A DNA stretch of 61,111 bases, counting the filler, from Dirinaria sp. TL-2023a (taxonomy: Eukaryota): NCBI GenBank assembly GCA_051941275.1. It is 11 parts of 11 records of this genome, joined end to end, with 100 filler letters (N's around TTAATTAATTAA, not from the genome) between each part and the next. Parts side by side here need not be neighbours in the genome. Positions count along the whole stretch, not along the records: positions 33,454 to 38,910 come from JAVEBF010001651.1; positions 39,011 to 44,462 come from JAVEBF010001652.1; positions 44,563 to 50,014 come from JAVEBF010001653.1; positions 50,115 to 55,565 come from JAVEBF010001654.1; 7 more parts are not named here. One strand, written 5' to 3'. The translations under genes were made by a program, and so were the position numbers. The notes beneath the pieces are model-generated. The model saw nothing but the letters and a program-made list of their open reading frames with translations, was not told the DNA's origin and did not search any database. Below, one piece after another: positions 38,029-50,171 of the stretch (the stretch's first letter is position 1; every line of letters starts with the position of its first letter).

Positions 38029-38910
38029 TCGAACAAGGGGTAATAATCGATTACCTTAGCCGGTCTGATTCTCGTATAATGAGAGAAAATTACTAGGAAA
38101 CTTCCACTCGTCGCACTCCCCTACCGGTCGACCAAGTTGACTGACACTACTTCGCCCAAAGGGAAACCAGTACCCTTATCAGGACCACAGGTCCGTTGAA
38201 CTTTTGGAAAGCGCATTTTATAAAGTAAAAAAAGTATGTCAGGATTTCTGCTAGAAGGTGAAAAGGTTGAAGAACTGTATAATGACTCTCGATCTATCAT
38301 CTCCACCATTGGAGTCTAGGCACAAAGCGCTACGCTCTTCAGCAGTGCTGATCACAACCGTCTCGCTTGAGCACCCATGCCGAACCATCATCTTTACCCC
38401 TGACGGCAAAGAATACACTGGGCTGCTTGCAGTGCACTCATGCCTTTCTTCCTATCTTGCATAGACGGGGATTCAGCGTAGGTGGCCCTAGGGCACAATT
38501 GGCCGTTCTAGGATCAGTATAATCTGATCATGTGCATTCATAGTTCAATACTTAATGAGCCCAATGCCTTGCGGGAAATCGAGACTAAAATGGACAATGA
38601 GATAGTACTGTAAGCATAGCATTATACTAGGCATTGTGAGTACCCTTGATATTTTCCCATAATGTGCAAGCCAACGCCCGACTCCCTACAAGTACATTAG
38701 AAATATCAGCTTTCTTCAATGCTTCCTCTGCCTGCGCTGCAAAGAGGATTTTTTGTCAGCCACATCCAGATTCCGCTCCCCTTCTCATGAATACAAACCG
38801 AAAATGGGTTGACTAAGGTACATCGATCCCTCCCTACTAAAAATATTCAAAATAAATTCAGCAAACCAATAGCCTATCCCTCGTGATTCAATGCATCCAA
38901 GACCCCTCTC

Positions 38911-39010
38911 NNNNNNNNNNNNNNNNNNNNNNNNNNNNNNNNNNNNNNNNNNNNTTAATTAATTAANNNNNNNNNNNNNNNNNNNNNNNNNNNNNNNNNN
39001 NNNNNNNNNN
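38911..39010. other. Artificial contig linker
   Basis: N44-TTAATTAATTAA-N44. Confidence 0.98.
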
Positions 39011-39348
39011 CAGGTGGGGAGGGAGGATGGGAAGATGGAGGACAGTAGTGCGGGCGAAAGGGACGATTTTAATCAGGCTACACGCGCTGTGCCGGTCCAG
39101 AAGGGTTTGTTAGCTAGGGGGGAGGGGACGGCTGAGCCGGGAGGTACAGGCGAGGTGTTGGAGGAGCAGCTGTGAATGAATGGCTTGGTTGCTAGATTCT
39201 AGATCGATACCCATGATGCATGTAGGGCCAAGGCAGGGAGGATTATTTGCTAGCATAGCATGGTAATAGCTTGATGAAAGGTGTGAAACTTAGTTACAAT
39301 AGCGCAAGGGGCATCGCATCATTACATATACATGCTGGACCGAGAGAT

Positions 39349-41157
39349 TCAGTTCTCGGACCATTCTTTGAAAGCCTTCTGCCGCTGCCTGGAGTTCCAA
39401 TTCAGCTTTTGGGAGATACTGCTGACCCAGTCTTCACTCCTTCTGCCTTGGGGCATGACATTTGCGAAAGGATATCTAGATGCAGATATGGTGACATAGT
39501 CGCCAGGATTGAGTTCCACCCTGGAGTCTGTTTAGCAGCGTTTGCTGGATCGGATTGCATCAGCAGCCTTACCTCTCCCTTCCGTCGAAGCTGGCCCAAG
39601 AGGAGGTCCGGGCATCGTAAGGAACACCAAGCCGCAGAACGATCGTATCTGGCAGTATGATTGGCCTGAAGGACAATGTGTGCGCACATATGGCGGTCAC
39701 AAGGATCACCGGATTCTCCGGGTGGCAGAGAGACCCGCCCGCAGCGAGGTTGTACGCTGTTGAGCCAGTAGGGGTAGCTACACAGACACCATCTGCTTGA
39801 ACGGTCGTGAAATGCTCGTCGTCCCCGAAAATCTCGATAGAAGACATTACTAAATTATCTTAATGTATGCTCGATGTGAAAGACGGCCAAGTGGACTTAC
39901 CTGGGTTTGGCCCTCTATCAACGACAATGTCGTTCAAGATTTCGTACGTGCCATCAGCCTTGTGCGTGAAGTCGTTCTCGGACTCCTCTCCTATGAGTTC
40001 GTCCACCAAATCTCGGCTGTTAGACCGATCCTTGCTCTGACTTCTCATGATCGTGCCTTCAAACCTTAACCGTAAGCTCACGGTAATGCCGTCCCGGAAC
40101 GCTTTGGTTAAGGTGTCTTGGAAATCATTGTAATCAAACTTGGTAAGAAACCCTAGCGAACCCAGGGATAGGGACAGCACTGGTGGGACAATGCGCTGGA
40201 ATAGCCAGCTTGCGTAAAGGAGCGTCCCATCACCACCAAGCTATAGACTGTAAGCCTAATTGAGCAATCTTTGTTCAGCCAGGGATGGGTTGACATACAG
40301 TGACAGCAAAATCAAATGTCTGTGGATGTGTAGCGCAGAGGCTATTGTCCCAGTATTTTAGACGACCTTCTCGAGATGGATCGGCTGCAATCAGGCCTGA
40401 AGCATCAAAGATCTTGTTGTGCTCCAAAGTGTTCTCGACATAGCTGTGCGGCGTCAGTCAAAAGTTTGCAGAAGGGTATGGCACTGCTGTACACGATGTA
40501 AGGCGTATCTCTTTCCTTGGACAAAAGCCACTCGGCGATGTCTCTCGTCTTAATAATCAATGTCTCATCGTGAGCTTTGGTCAACAAGAACACCGTCTTT
40601 ACATGTAGCTTCAGTCGTAGATTGCCTAATTTTTTGGAGAGATCCCGAATCTCACCCGCCATCTCGAGCAATTGGCGTTTCGTCAGAAGCCTCGAATGAA
40701 CCCCATCAGGCCCAATGGGTCCCTTGTCTTGCTTTTGGTCGTTGCTAGCGTCCGCCAGGGCTGCGAGCTTGCTCTTCCCTGGTTTTCTCTGCCTTTCCAG
40801 GAATTGATGTAGAAAGCAAGATGTTATTTTGACCGAGGACGACTTCTCCAGTTTAGGATCTTCTGACGTGACCATTGACGATCTCCTCCGATGTAGGTTG
40901 TCAGCATCGAAGACAACCTGCTCGAATCGCTCAGTGAAGGCGAGGGAGAGTGGAGAAGCAGAGCAACCTCGAGGGCATGTTGGTATTCTGATTCACTTGC
41001 ACTTGAATCCCTATGATCCTAATCTGTGTCAGCGTCTTACTTGAGTTCCCTAGATCGCCTGAGCCAGACCTACATCATCCCTAGACTCGCTACGTGCGAG
41101 ACCTGGCGAGAGTGGCAACTCCATTCGCTTGGAATGGACGTCTTCCTTAGATGTCAT
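39349..41157 (-). CDS. ATP-NAD(H) kinase (Utr1/Yef1 type), multi-exon; the two 5' exons are less certain
   Basis: [91 protein letters not shown]. Confidence 0.92.
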
Positions 41158-44100
41158 CGTTGTGGATGTTATAGCTGATATCTCAGGTCTGCAAAATTAG
41201 AGTATAAACATGACTGCATCTGAGTATGGCGTCGGTTATAATTTCCGCGAGGTAGATATGGCACGATATTTGCTCCAAGCGGGCCCAAAGGACCCGATAC
41301 TAATGCCAACTTGTTCCCTCTTTCACGAACCTGCCAGTTGTAGCGCGGAACAGGATAGGGAGGCATTCTTGGGAAGGGTATTAGGGCGCCAGTACCGGCT
41401 ACCCGGGCCGAAGTATCTCAGGGTTGCACATCAGAGTGTTTCTCTTGCTCTGAATACATGTGGCCAAGGCCGTGTAGCTCGATGCCTTCTGAATGTCTAC
41501 CTTTTATGGGAGAATTTCCGGCTTTGTATCGCATATACCGTGCCACAATGTATCACACTCTGCAGCGCGGCACCGCTACTTACCTAACAGCTAACGAAGA
41601 TTTCGGACTGAAAGAGAGTGGAACAAGCACGAGCAACATGGCTTCATATCGACCGTGTACATACGTTTGATGAATGTCATCCCACGGGTTCAGATACATC
41701 GAAAAAAACATTTCTTTGAGGATCTACACTTATGTTCTTATCTCTGCTGGACTCGAGCATTCCCCTCTGTACGCTCATGGATCGCACAATCTCTATTTGA
41801 CCCGCTTCGGAGAGTTCTGAGTCTGATCCCTCGGATCCCGATTCTCGAACCTATGCAAAGACTCGGGAAATTTCTTACAATCGCAAGACTAGAGGAATCC
41901 TGCGTCACTCTCAGAATTCAACGCCGGGCGTAAAGGCTTTTCCCAGATCATATGAAATTCCCAAACCTTTGTGATCATGGTGGCGTAGAATTAAAATCGT
42001 ACGAGAGAGTAGAACGGCCGAAGAGGAAAGGGTTTGGCGCTCTCTCTTTCCTTCCCTTCCGCAGTATGGCACAGATGTAAAGCTTCCTGTTGAGCTATTC
42101 CGCCGGAGTGCTGGCGATGTTACACTGTCATTAGCAACGGCTTACGGAAGCCTTGTGGCGGCGTACTCGTACTCCGTGCCAGTGGTCGGCATAGTTCAAG
42201 CAAACGCTGCATGGAAAGAATCTTTTCGGCTTTCACAGTACATATTAAGTGGCCCTGTAGCTTCCGGTCATAGCAATGCTTTACCGATCATGACTGTACA
42301 TGCTCGGAAATCCAGGTCAGATGCTGATAAGAAAGGTTCCGTAGCTGACTTGAAAAGATCAGGCTCACTGCACAGACCCCCAAGTGTTCTCCAGCGCTAC
42401 ACTCCGGGTGAACAGAAATCAAAAAAGTACTTTACTGTAGACGCTTGCGCAGACCTATTAATGCTGCGGGAATGAGAGCCGGAGCCTTATGGAAGAGAGA
42501 AAGTATCAGTCGACATGCAATGATACGAGCCCAAAAGCTACTAGGATCATTTAAAGTGTAGCCCAACACCTGTGCTTGTGTCAGCCACTTGCAGAAAGTG
42601 CACATTAATACTGTACTTGTACGCCTTATTCGGATCCATGCATAGTTCTAACTTAGAGTGTTTAAAATGCACTAGAGATGCACCGTATCTTCACCCGATA
42701 GAGCGTGCTGACTGCAGTCATAAAGTGTTGGTTTCATAGACCTTTCGCAATGCACGTACGCATTTGCGATGGGCTGCATCAGGCAGCGGACCACGTGAGC
42801 GTTGATTGGTGAAAGCGCTCGGCAGAGACGGAAACCCTTCGAAAGTGCAATGGGCTGCAAAAAGTCGCCTGCCTCAGTGTGGAACACTTTGCGATGCCAA
42901 CATGGATCAACGTCGTCACTGGACAGTGAGAATGTGACCACGCAGAACAAGGGCACAGCGTGGCACTCAAAGCACGAAGAGATCCGGAAGCAGCCACCTT
43001 GGGGCTTGCCTTGCGACTTACGCTCATTGTAGTGTCACGTACACTGCCTCGTACACGTTTTCACAGTGCACACGTTTGCTGGGAGGAAGATTCTTAGAGG
43101 GTTCAAGAACTTGCAGGTAGAAACGACAGTCAGCCCTGTCTAGAATATGAAAATAGCCATCCCATAACGCTTGGTTCCGTTATGGCCAGATATTCGATGT
43201 AGACCGTTCGAAGCATGGCGGGGAGGGATGACGATATGATTGGATGCAATTAAGAGGCCTAGACACATCTGGTGGTCCACAATTTTTCGGGTATGCGCGA
43301 ACTCAAGATGGAACGTGCTGAGGTTGCAGCTTCGAACATGCACTGGATGACGCATCCTCGGACGTAAAAGCCTGTCGTAAGCGTGTCAAACCGGGACGTG
43401 ATAATTCTCCATGCAGCAAGGCGCGAGGGCGCTCCGGCGAGGATCAAGCAAGACGGGCTCGACCGATCACAGGCCACCGCTGCCGCTTACAATGCCGATC
43501 AACGGAAACTACTTACAAGCGCAATTCTGAAGATCCTTGGTCTGAAGCACTTTGTTGGCGGTGGTGGGTTCACTCTAGGCGGTGGTAGGGGGGTAAGGTA
43601 TCGTCTCGTTTTATTAGGCAATTTACATCCCATCAGCTCCGTATACTACTGCGTTCCTGCCGCCGGTGATTGACGGCAGGTTATTATTGACAGTCAGTCT
43701 CAATCGATGCGATCGGAGCGCGATTCGGCACATACGTGATTATATGCTTTCCCCATGTCGATCCGTGAGCCGGGAAAGATCGACTTATGCCAACCCCTCG
43801 CTGCGTCTTAATTGCCTTTCTGCAGCATTGACGGCTGAATCTGGCAAGAAGGCGACATGAAAGCCAATCGCTAGCGTGGATCAAGGCCGCGTGCCGACTT
43901 TTTTTTCAATCTAAGTCCGACGTGGGTGTGCTTCGCTTGCTTCAGATGCAGCGGGTAGACTAGAGGAGGTTGAGGGCAATTACTAGTTCAGGCTGAGAGA
44001 AAGACTTTCTGTAGTGTGGCGCGCTCTGCTTCAGTGCTTCCATCGTTGCTGTTGCTAAGGTGAGCCTTTCTTGATGGTGCGTTAGTTGATGATTGATTGT

Positions 44101-44462
44101 TGGAAGTAAGGTACGAGGACGAGTACCATGACACTCTGCTGCTGTCATACACGGTACTTTATGGTTATGGTTTCTGGGATGCAGAGGAGACCCAGGATCT
44201 GACACATGTGTTGCCCAAAGGATGATCGAAACAGCATTTCATGATGGCATTTGCCGAATGCGCAAGGAGTTGCAGGTTGGATTTGATCGGAGGTAGAAAG
44301 CAGCTTAGCGGCACTGTACGGAGCAGTAAGGATAGGGATAAGGGATAGGGTCATAGGGATGGGGAATGGGGATAGACGGACGGAAAGCCTGTCGTCTAGT
44401 GATTAAGAAGAGGATCCAAGACGAGACAAGCCTCTAGGCTCTGCTTCTGCCGGGGGCTGGGT

Positions 44463-44562
44463 NNNNNNNNNNNNNNNNNNNNNNNNNNNNNNNNNNNNNN
44501 NNNNNNTTAATTAATTAANNNNNNNNNNNNNNNNNNNNNNNNNNNNNNNNNNNNNNNNNNNN
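44463..44562. other. Artificial contig linker
   Basis: N44-TTAATTAATTAA-N44. Confidence 0.98.

Positions 44563-44620
<58 letters not shown>
44563..44620. repeat. (AGT)n microsatellite, at least 19 units, at contig start; possible LINE/SINE 3' tail on minus strand
   Basis: Perfect AGT run 44563-44620 next to a GC-rich hairpin at 44636-44658. Confidence 0.9.
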
Positions 44621-44978
44621 ATTTCATAATCCGACCCGCACCCCTAGGGCGCATGCGGTAACTATCTGCGGTGTATTATCCTTTACACCCTGCTAACTAG
44701 AAGCTTTCACCAATTGTCATAAGTTCTGGGTCCTCAACAAGCCTAACTGTGCAAGTCGCCTTACAACCAGATACCAAAAAGTATGACGATTGGCGCCTTC
44801 AGGGACTGCAAATCGTTTGGGGCTCTGACGCCGAATGTTTCATCTTGCACCTTATCGTTGTCCTCGTCCATAAACAAACTTTGCTTGTAAACAAACCTGC
44901 TGAGGTCGCTGTTTATGACTTGACATCGAGTGTGCTGAGTAGTTCGGGAACTGTTACTTCTGAAGGTCCGTGAATGCC

Positions 44979-45437
44979 TGTCTAAAAGTCGAATTCTCTG
45001 CTTGAGATTTCAACAAAATAGATGTAACGTAATCGTGTTGACAGAGCGTCAACGTGCTTGGATCGAACAGAGCATTTTTGAACATTGTGATATAGTCTCA
45101 GCAATGTGCGTAAATAATAGCAATTGTCGAGGACTGAGATGTAGAGAGATCGCTTGCTCGTGTATATATCTGTGATATTGTCAGAGTCTAAAGCGTAGAA
45201 TGAAAACGTGCTCAGTGTATTGTGTGTGTGACTGTGTGACTGTGTGATCGTTTTGCGCAAAATCGCGTTTTTTCGGGATTTCCTTCGTCGTTTTAGATAA
45301 TACATATATCTAATCGATGTCATTTGAAACTTTAGAAGTTACTGAGTAACTTAACGCGTTTATTGCAAAGTGTAATCGTAACTGTGGTTGTAGATTTCAA
45401 AAATAAATTTGTGCTGGTGTTCTTGTTTTTTTAAGCA
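44979..45437. mobile_element. AT-rich, hypermutated repeat/transposon relic (class undetermined)
   Basis: Sharp compositional block with only about 7 CC/GG dinucleotides in about 460 bp by hand count. Near-inverted ends TGTCTAAAA / TTTTAAGCA. Boundary-overlapping ATGCCTGT (44974) and ATACCTGT (45437). Confidence 0.5.
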
Positions 45438-45481
45438 TACCTGTGAGCGAACCGGGCACCGCTACAGCTGGAAACCGCAAG

Positions 45482-48111
45482 TTAGGTAGACTTTTCTTTC
45501 TCGGAGAGTGCTTCGGAACCCAAATGCTGCGTGTAATCTCGAAACATCTGCGTCTCCTCGAATTGATCCACCAGCGTTTCGATGTTCGCGGCCTCCTTGT
45601 CCTTCATGGCGAGGTCCAAGTCTACCAAAATGCCCTGCCCGTTGATCTCGTAAGCCTCCCTGTGCGCTCGAATCTTGCCTTCCATGTCTTGAATGGCGGT
45701 GACCGCTTCCTGGCGCGTGATGACTCTTTTACAGACCGCCATAGCAACTAGCCCCTTGACCACCATTTCGAACAGCGGAAACCTATCGCTAAGGCCTGTG
45801 AATGCGTAGATGCTGTACCAGAAGTAGAATCGCCAGTGAGGGTAGGAGGTATCCTTGAGCATGGCGTTGGCGACTGCGAGCGGTGCTGGGTGCCAGTAGG
45901 AAATCACTCGCCAGGTGTCATACCGAGTGCAGAAGAGAACCATCAAGTGCCTGATTTGTGTGATGGAGGCGTCGAAAATCGCTTCTGGTTTCGTCGCATT
46001 AGATGGTAGTTGATGGCTAGAGCTGTCGTCATCGTCACTGCTAACGAAGGGACGGAACAAGTGCAGAATCATGAAATGATTCCACATGCTCGACAACGAT
46101 TAGTCATTTTACAAAGTCACAGGAAGAGCTTGCTTACTGGAAGACTATGACGTGATCTGGGGTCTGTTCTGTTATTGCCATGGCATCAGTGTGCCTAGCC
46201 ATGCAGGACAAAATGGCATTATACTTTGAAAGTGCATAGGACAATGCAACTCCTTGACGGTCGGTTTCCGACTTGTTGTAGACAACCAAGATACCTGAGC
46301 CTATCCTCCACAACTCACAAAAGCAAGAGAAAGCCGGCCCAATGCCCTCTGCCAAGGTTGTCGCTTCATGCGCTGAGTTGCCAGGAATCGGTAGTCTAGG
46401 TGGATACTCAGGAGGAGACACAAAACGAAAAGAGGCATACATGCTTGTCAAATCAGTCGATAGCTTTTATTATAAACTTGAGTAATAGCTTACGTGATCA
46501 AATTCATCGCGCCCCATGTTGCTTGTATGGTGGCTCTTTGCTCGCGAGCAGGTAGATGGGCAAGATCCTCCAGAGTCAAAGAGTCAGACACTCCGAATAA
46601 TCGCATTCTCTTGCCCATGGAAACAGCTTCCCTGAGATAGGATGCAGGACTCTTCACAGAGGTATGCGACACAGTGGACAAGGATAGAAAAAGAATGCCA
46701 GCAAGAGAAGGTATGCAGTCATTCGTCAGCTCAGATGTCGAAAGCCTTAGAGCCTCGCTCTCGAAATAACTGCTTCTGGTCCACGCATTTGGATTTTCTG
46801 CTGAGTATCCTTGCTATGATCATGATTAGCAGGTAGATTTCGTCATCAATGAATTGCAGGCAACCAACGCAGGCCCAAGCAAGTAATGCGTTGACCAAGA
46901 AAGAAGAACAGTAGTCAAAAGTCCCATTAATGAGACTATCGAGGAAAAATTCTTTGTTTAAAAATCCAAGAACCGGATGATCAGCCTTGAAATAGAACGA
47001 GATGGCATTTGCGGCAAAGTGCTTGGATACTGGAACAACAGTCCAGAAATTGATGTTCAAATTTTCAAGCCTAGATTCAACCCAAGAGTTTGAAAGGTTT
47101 GACCCGCTGTCGAATACTGATGAGTTCAGTGCCAGGGCAGGATCGGCTAATGAGCAATGTAATGTCGGAAAAGACGGCGAGCTCCTCATGGCTGCGGAAG
47201 ATTCAGGGGCAACGTTTTTGGTAGGACTTGCATCCAAGGAATTCGTCGGGGTGAGTTCAGGTATCAAATCACCAAACTGCGTCCATGTTGGATATGTGCT
47301 TGGATACCTTGCTGTTAGCTCCATTTCCAATTTCGACTGTGGCACGGGATAACTCCTGAGCAACAGCTTGTTCTGAGGGCCCGTCGTTCGTGACTGAACC
47401 GTTGAGCGACCGCAATACTGAAACAGGATCCGATGTCGATCGTAGCTGTTGAAGTATGACTAATGCGTCCCTGAAAGGCATAACCTTCAGATGGTGAGCT
47501 AGGGTATTAAGTGCAGAATATCTCTCCTTCAGTCTCTGGTATTGAGGCATCGGCATGACTGCATGGTCTCCTTTGGGAGGAACACGACCGGTACAAGGGG
47601 TGATACCATCAATCGATAAAGGTTGCTTTGAGCGGCTGGAGCTTGATTCCGGCTCCTGAGCCGTAGCGCTCTCCTGGGTCTCTGTCGCTGATAGTATACT
47701 ACCCAGCGTACCTACCCAGCGTACCCATGAACTCTTGATATTGGCCTTGAACGTCTTGGAGCTGTCGTTTCAGCGCCATGGTCCGCGTCTCATTTTTATC
47801 GATTGACGCGTACTCGCAGACCGTGTCAAGTTTAAGGCAGCGGGCACAGGAAGGGCGTTTACCATCGCACTCTCACCAATCAGTATCGATCTGTCGAAGC
47901 AGGCCCGCGCGTGGACTGACCCTACTCTTCTTGGAGCGGCAACTGTTGCAGGCAACACGAGCACCTATGCGCCTTTTTTTCGGAGGTGAACGACATTCCA
48001 GAGTCCGCGAGCTGACGCCTTCCAGGGTTGGCTCTGGTAGAAGCGGTATCCCTGGAGGAAGGAACTATTGGTGGATGATCCCGTTGCATTGTCAGAATTG
48101 GCATTCAGCAT
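45482..48111 (-). pseudogene. Zn(II)2Cys6 transcription factor (NirA/Nit4-like family) disrupted by frameshifts in its 5' third
   Basis: ACNSCRSKKSR|CDGKRPSCARCLKLDTVC cluster, then ETRTMALKR. Downstream DHPVLGF...YCSSFLVNALLAWAC, PPRLPIPG, ILHLFRPF. Lesions: probable shift near 48045, 13-bp duplication 47700-47725, shift near 47350. Confidence 0.75.
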
Positions 48112-48556
48112 TGGATTTTCCTTAAGCTTAGGCGAACAAGCTGCACACAAGGTCGGGTTGACGATTACAGGGCGAGTCTACATTACTCGGACTCTACTGG
48201 CCTTGGAGGGTGGATGAGCTCACCATAGAAGCTTGGCACGGAAAGGGCTCCGATCAGCTAAGCAGTAGTACTCTAGTAGTGCCGAGAATGCCAAACACAA
48301 AAATTCTCAGCAAACCCTCGGCCCGTCTTCAGCTCCGCGTGTTTGCTTTTGGGCAGACATGTGCCCCCAATGAACTCAGGAGTCGGTGCAACAGCGACAC
48401 CAGATAGTGCCTTATGAGGCAGCTCATTGACCTAAGGTCCATGACGAACGACGCATGAAGCGACAGAAAATCTATCCCCGTCTCAATCAAGGCTGGGCAC
48501 GGTTGAGAGACAATACTGAACGCCATTGAAGTCCTCGTACAGTGCCTGGAACGAAG

Positions 48557-49933
48557 TTGAGATATTATTTCCCGTACTCGGCACAGGTAAATGCCAGCAG
48601 AGCTCTTGGCCTCCGGTCAGTCTCTACTTAACTTGACTTACCTTACTCATTTGACAAAGCAACCTGGCCCAAGTAGTCAGTACGCAATCCGAATCGTGAC
48701 TCAGAATAATAGCAAAGCAAAATACCTGAAGCCAAAAACCATGCAGAAACTCTACTCCAAAATTATCCAAAATGAACTGCAATTTCAAAAGATAATAAAT
48801 TAATAAGAGATAAGCTCGCAGCATACTTTGTACGAGTACGTGATTATTATCTTCATTATCATACATGTACCAGGAAGAAGGAAGGAAGGAGGAGGAGAAT
48901 TTACGATCGCGGCAATCTGATTTTCAACGGCAATGGGGGTTTTATTCTATAAATAAATGCGGCCGCGGAATTTTTTTGGAAAAAAAAAATTCTAGTTGAC
49001 GCGTAGGGTTAGATTAGGAATCGCGTTGAAGTTGCGACGGATACTGGAAAAATAATGCGAAAAATCTGACTGCCTGCCATACTACCTACCATACTGCCTT
49101 CCATACTACCTGCCATACTGCTTGCCATAGGAAAAATCATAAGGAAAACAATGCGAAAAACCTTACTACCTACCACACTGCCTTCCATACTGCCTGCCAT
49201 ACTGCCTGCCATACTACCTACCTTGCTGCCTGCCATACTACCTTCCATACTGCCTGCCATACTATCTACCTTACTGCCTGCCATAGGTACTGCTTGCCAT
49301 ACTACCTTCCATACTGCCTTCCATACTACCTTCCATACTGCTTGCCATAGGAAAAGACATAAGAAAAACAATGCGAAAAATCTTACTACCTACCTCACTG
49401 CCTGCCATACTGCCTGCCATACTGCCTTCCATAGGAAAAATCATAAGAAAAACGATGCGAAAAACCTTACTACCTACCTCTTGTGAGTTAGTACTGTACA
49501 GTGTACACGTAAAAGAGAAAGATGTAAATAGAAAAACGTAAACAGAAACGATTACCACCTATATTCTAGGACTTGGCATGCGCCCGGGGGACCCTCGGGC
49601 ACCGCAGGACATCGTGTATAACTTCAAATCATTATAACTTAGGCAATATTGGTTCAAATCGAGTCAAAAAGGCGTTGTTTTGAATCGCTAATTATGCTTC
49701 ATAATTTGATGCTACAATAGTATCATGAGATTACGAGGTGCGTATGATATATGAGTTGCAAACAAAAGAAGATTTTGATGTTCAAAAAAGTTACTTCCTA
49801 TTTGGGAACTCTGAATTATGACTGGCCAGAAGCACTCAGGGTCCAAAATGATGCAGTTTCATTGGCCAAAAAGCGATTTTTAGCGTTCCCGTGCTAAGCG
49901 ATAAAAAGCTGTCGAATATTATATAGTAGTAGT
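48557..49933 (-). mobile_element. Candidate non-autonomous Helitron-like element carrying a minisatellite
   Basis: Minus-strand start (A)CTACTACTATATAAT. Subterminal hairpin CCTGTGC-CGA-GTACGGG (48587-48571) about 10 nt from the putative end. No coding capacity. Internal tandem array. Confidence 0.4.
49046..49480. repeat. Hierarchical minisatellite: 12-bp CCATACT(G/A)CCT(G/T) arrays interleaved with a recurring module of about 50 bp
   Basis: Repeated ccatactgcctg/ccatactacctt. The module ccataggaaaa(a/g)(t/a)cataag(g/a)aaaac(a/g)atgcgaaaaa(c/t)cttactacctacc recurs three times, plus a partial copy at 49046. Confidence 0.92.
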
Positions 49934-50014
49934 TATATACCTCGCCAAAGCTCTTTTTTCGAGAAGGTAAGGATCCTACAGTAAGGGACTTGCGTGAACA
50001 GCTCCCCCCTCCCC

Positions 50015-50114
50015 NNNNNNNNNNNNNNNNNNNNNNNNNNNNNNNNNNNNNNNNNNNNTTAATTAATTAANNNNNNNNNNNNNNNNNNNNNNNNNNNNNN
50101 NNNNNNNNNNNNNN
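50015..50114. other. Artificial contig linker
   Basis: N44-TTAATTAATTAA-N44. Confidence 0.98.
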
Positions 50115-50142
50115 GAGAGGGGACAAGGGAATAGCGGAGTTC

Positions 50143-50171
50143 GGATTGGATTGGATTGGATTGGATTGGAT
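50143..50171. repeat. (GGATT)n microsatellite
   Basis: About 6 units of ggatt. Confidence 0.85.

Noticed and set aside
43140..44050. Possible small spliced minus-strand gene (MEALKQ..., donor and acceptor-like sites)
   Set aside because: No exon combination gave a recognisable protein; needs RNA data.
49004..49012. TAGGGTTAG as a telomere
   Set aside because: Less than two units, and internal to a repeat-like element.
49009..49558. Repetitive ORFs (MAGSMEGS..., ILPAILPT...) or a CRISPR-like array
   Set aside because: These are translations of the 12-bp minisatellite. The intervening segments are repeats, not unique spacers, and there are no cas genes.
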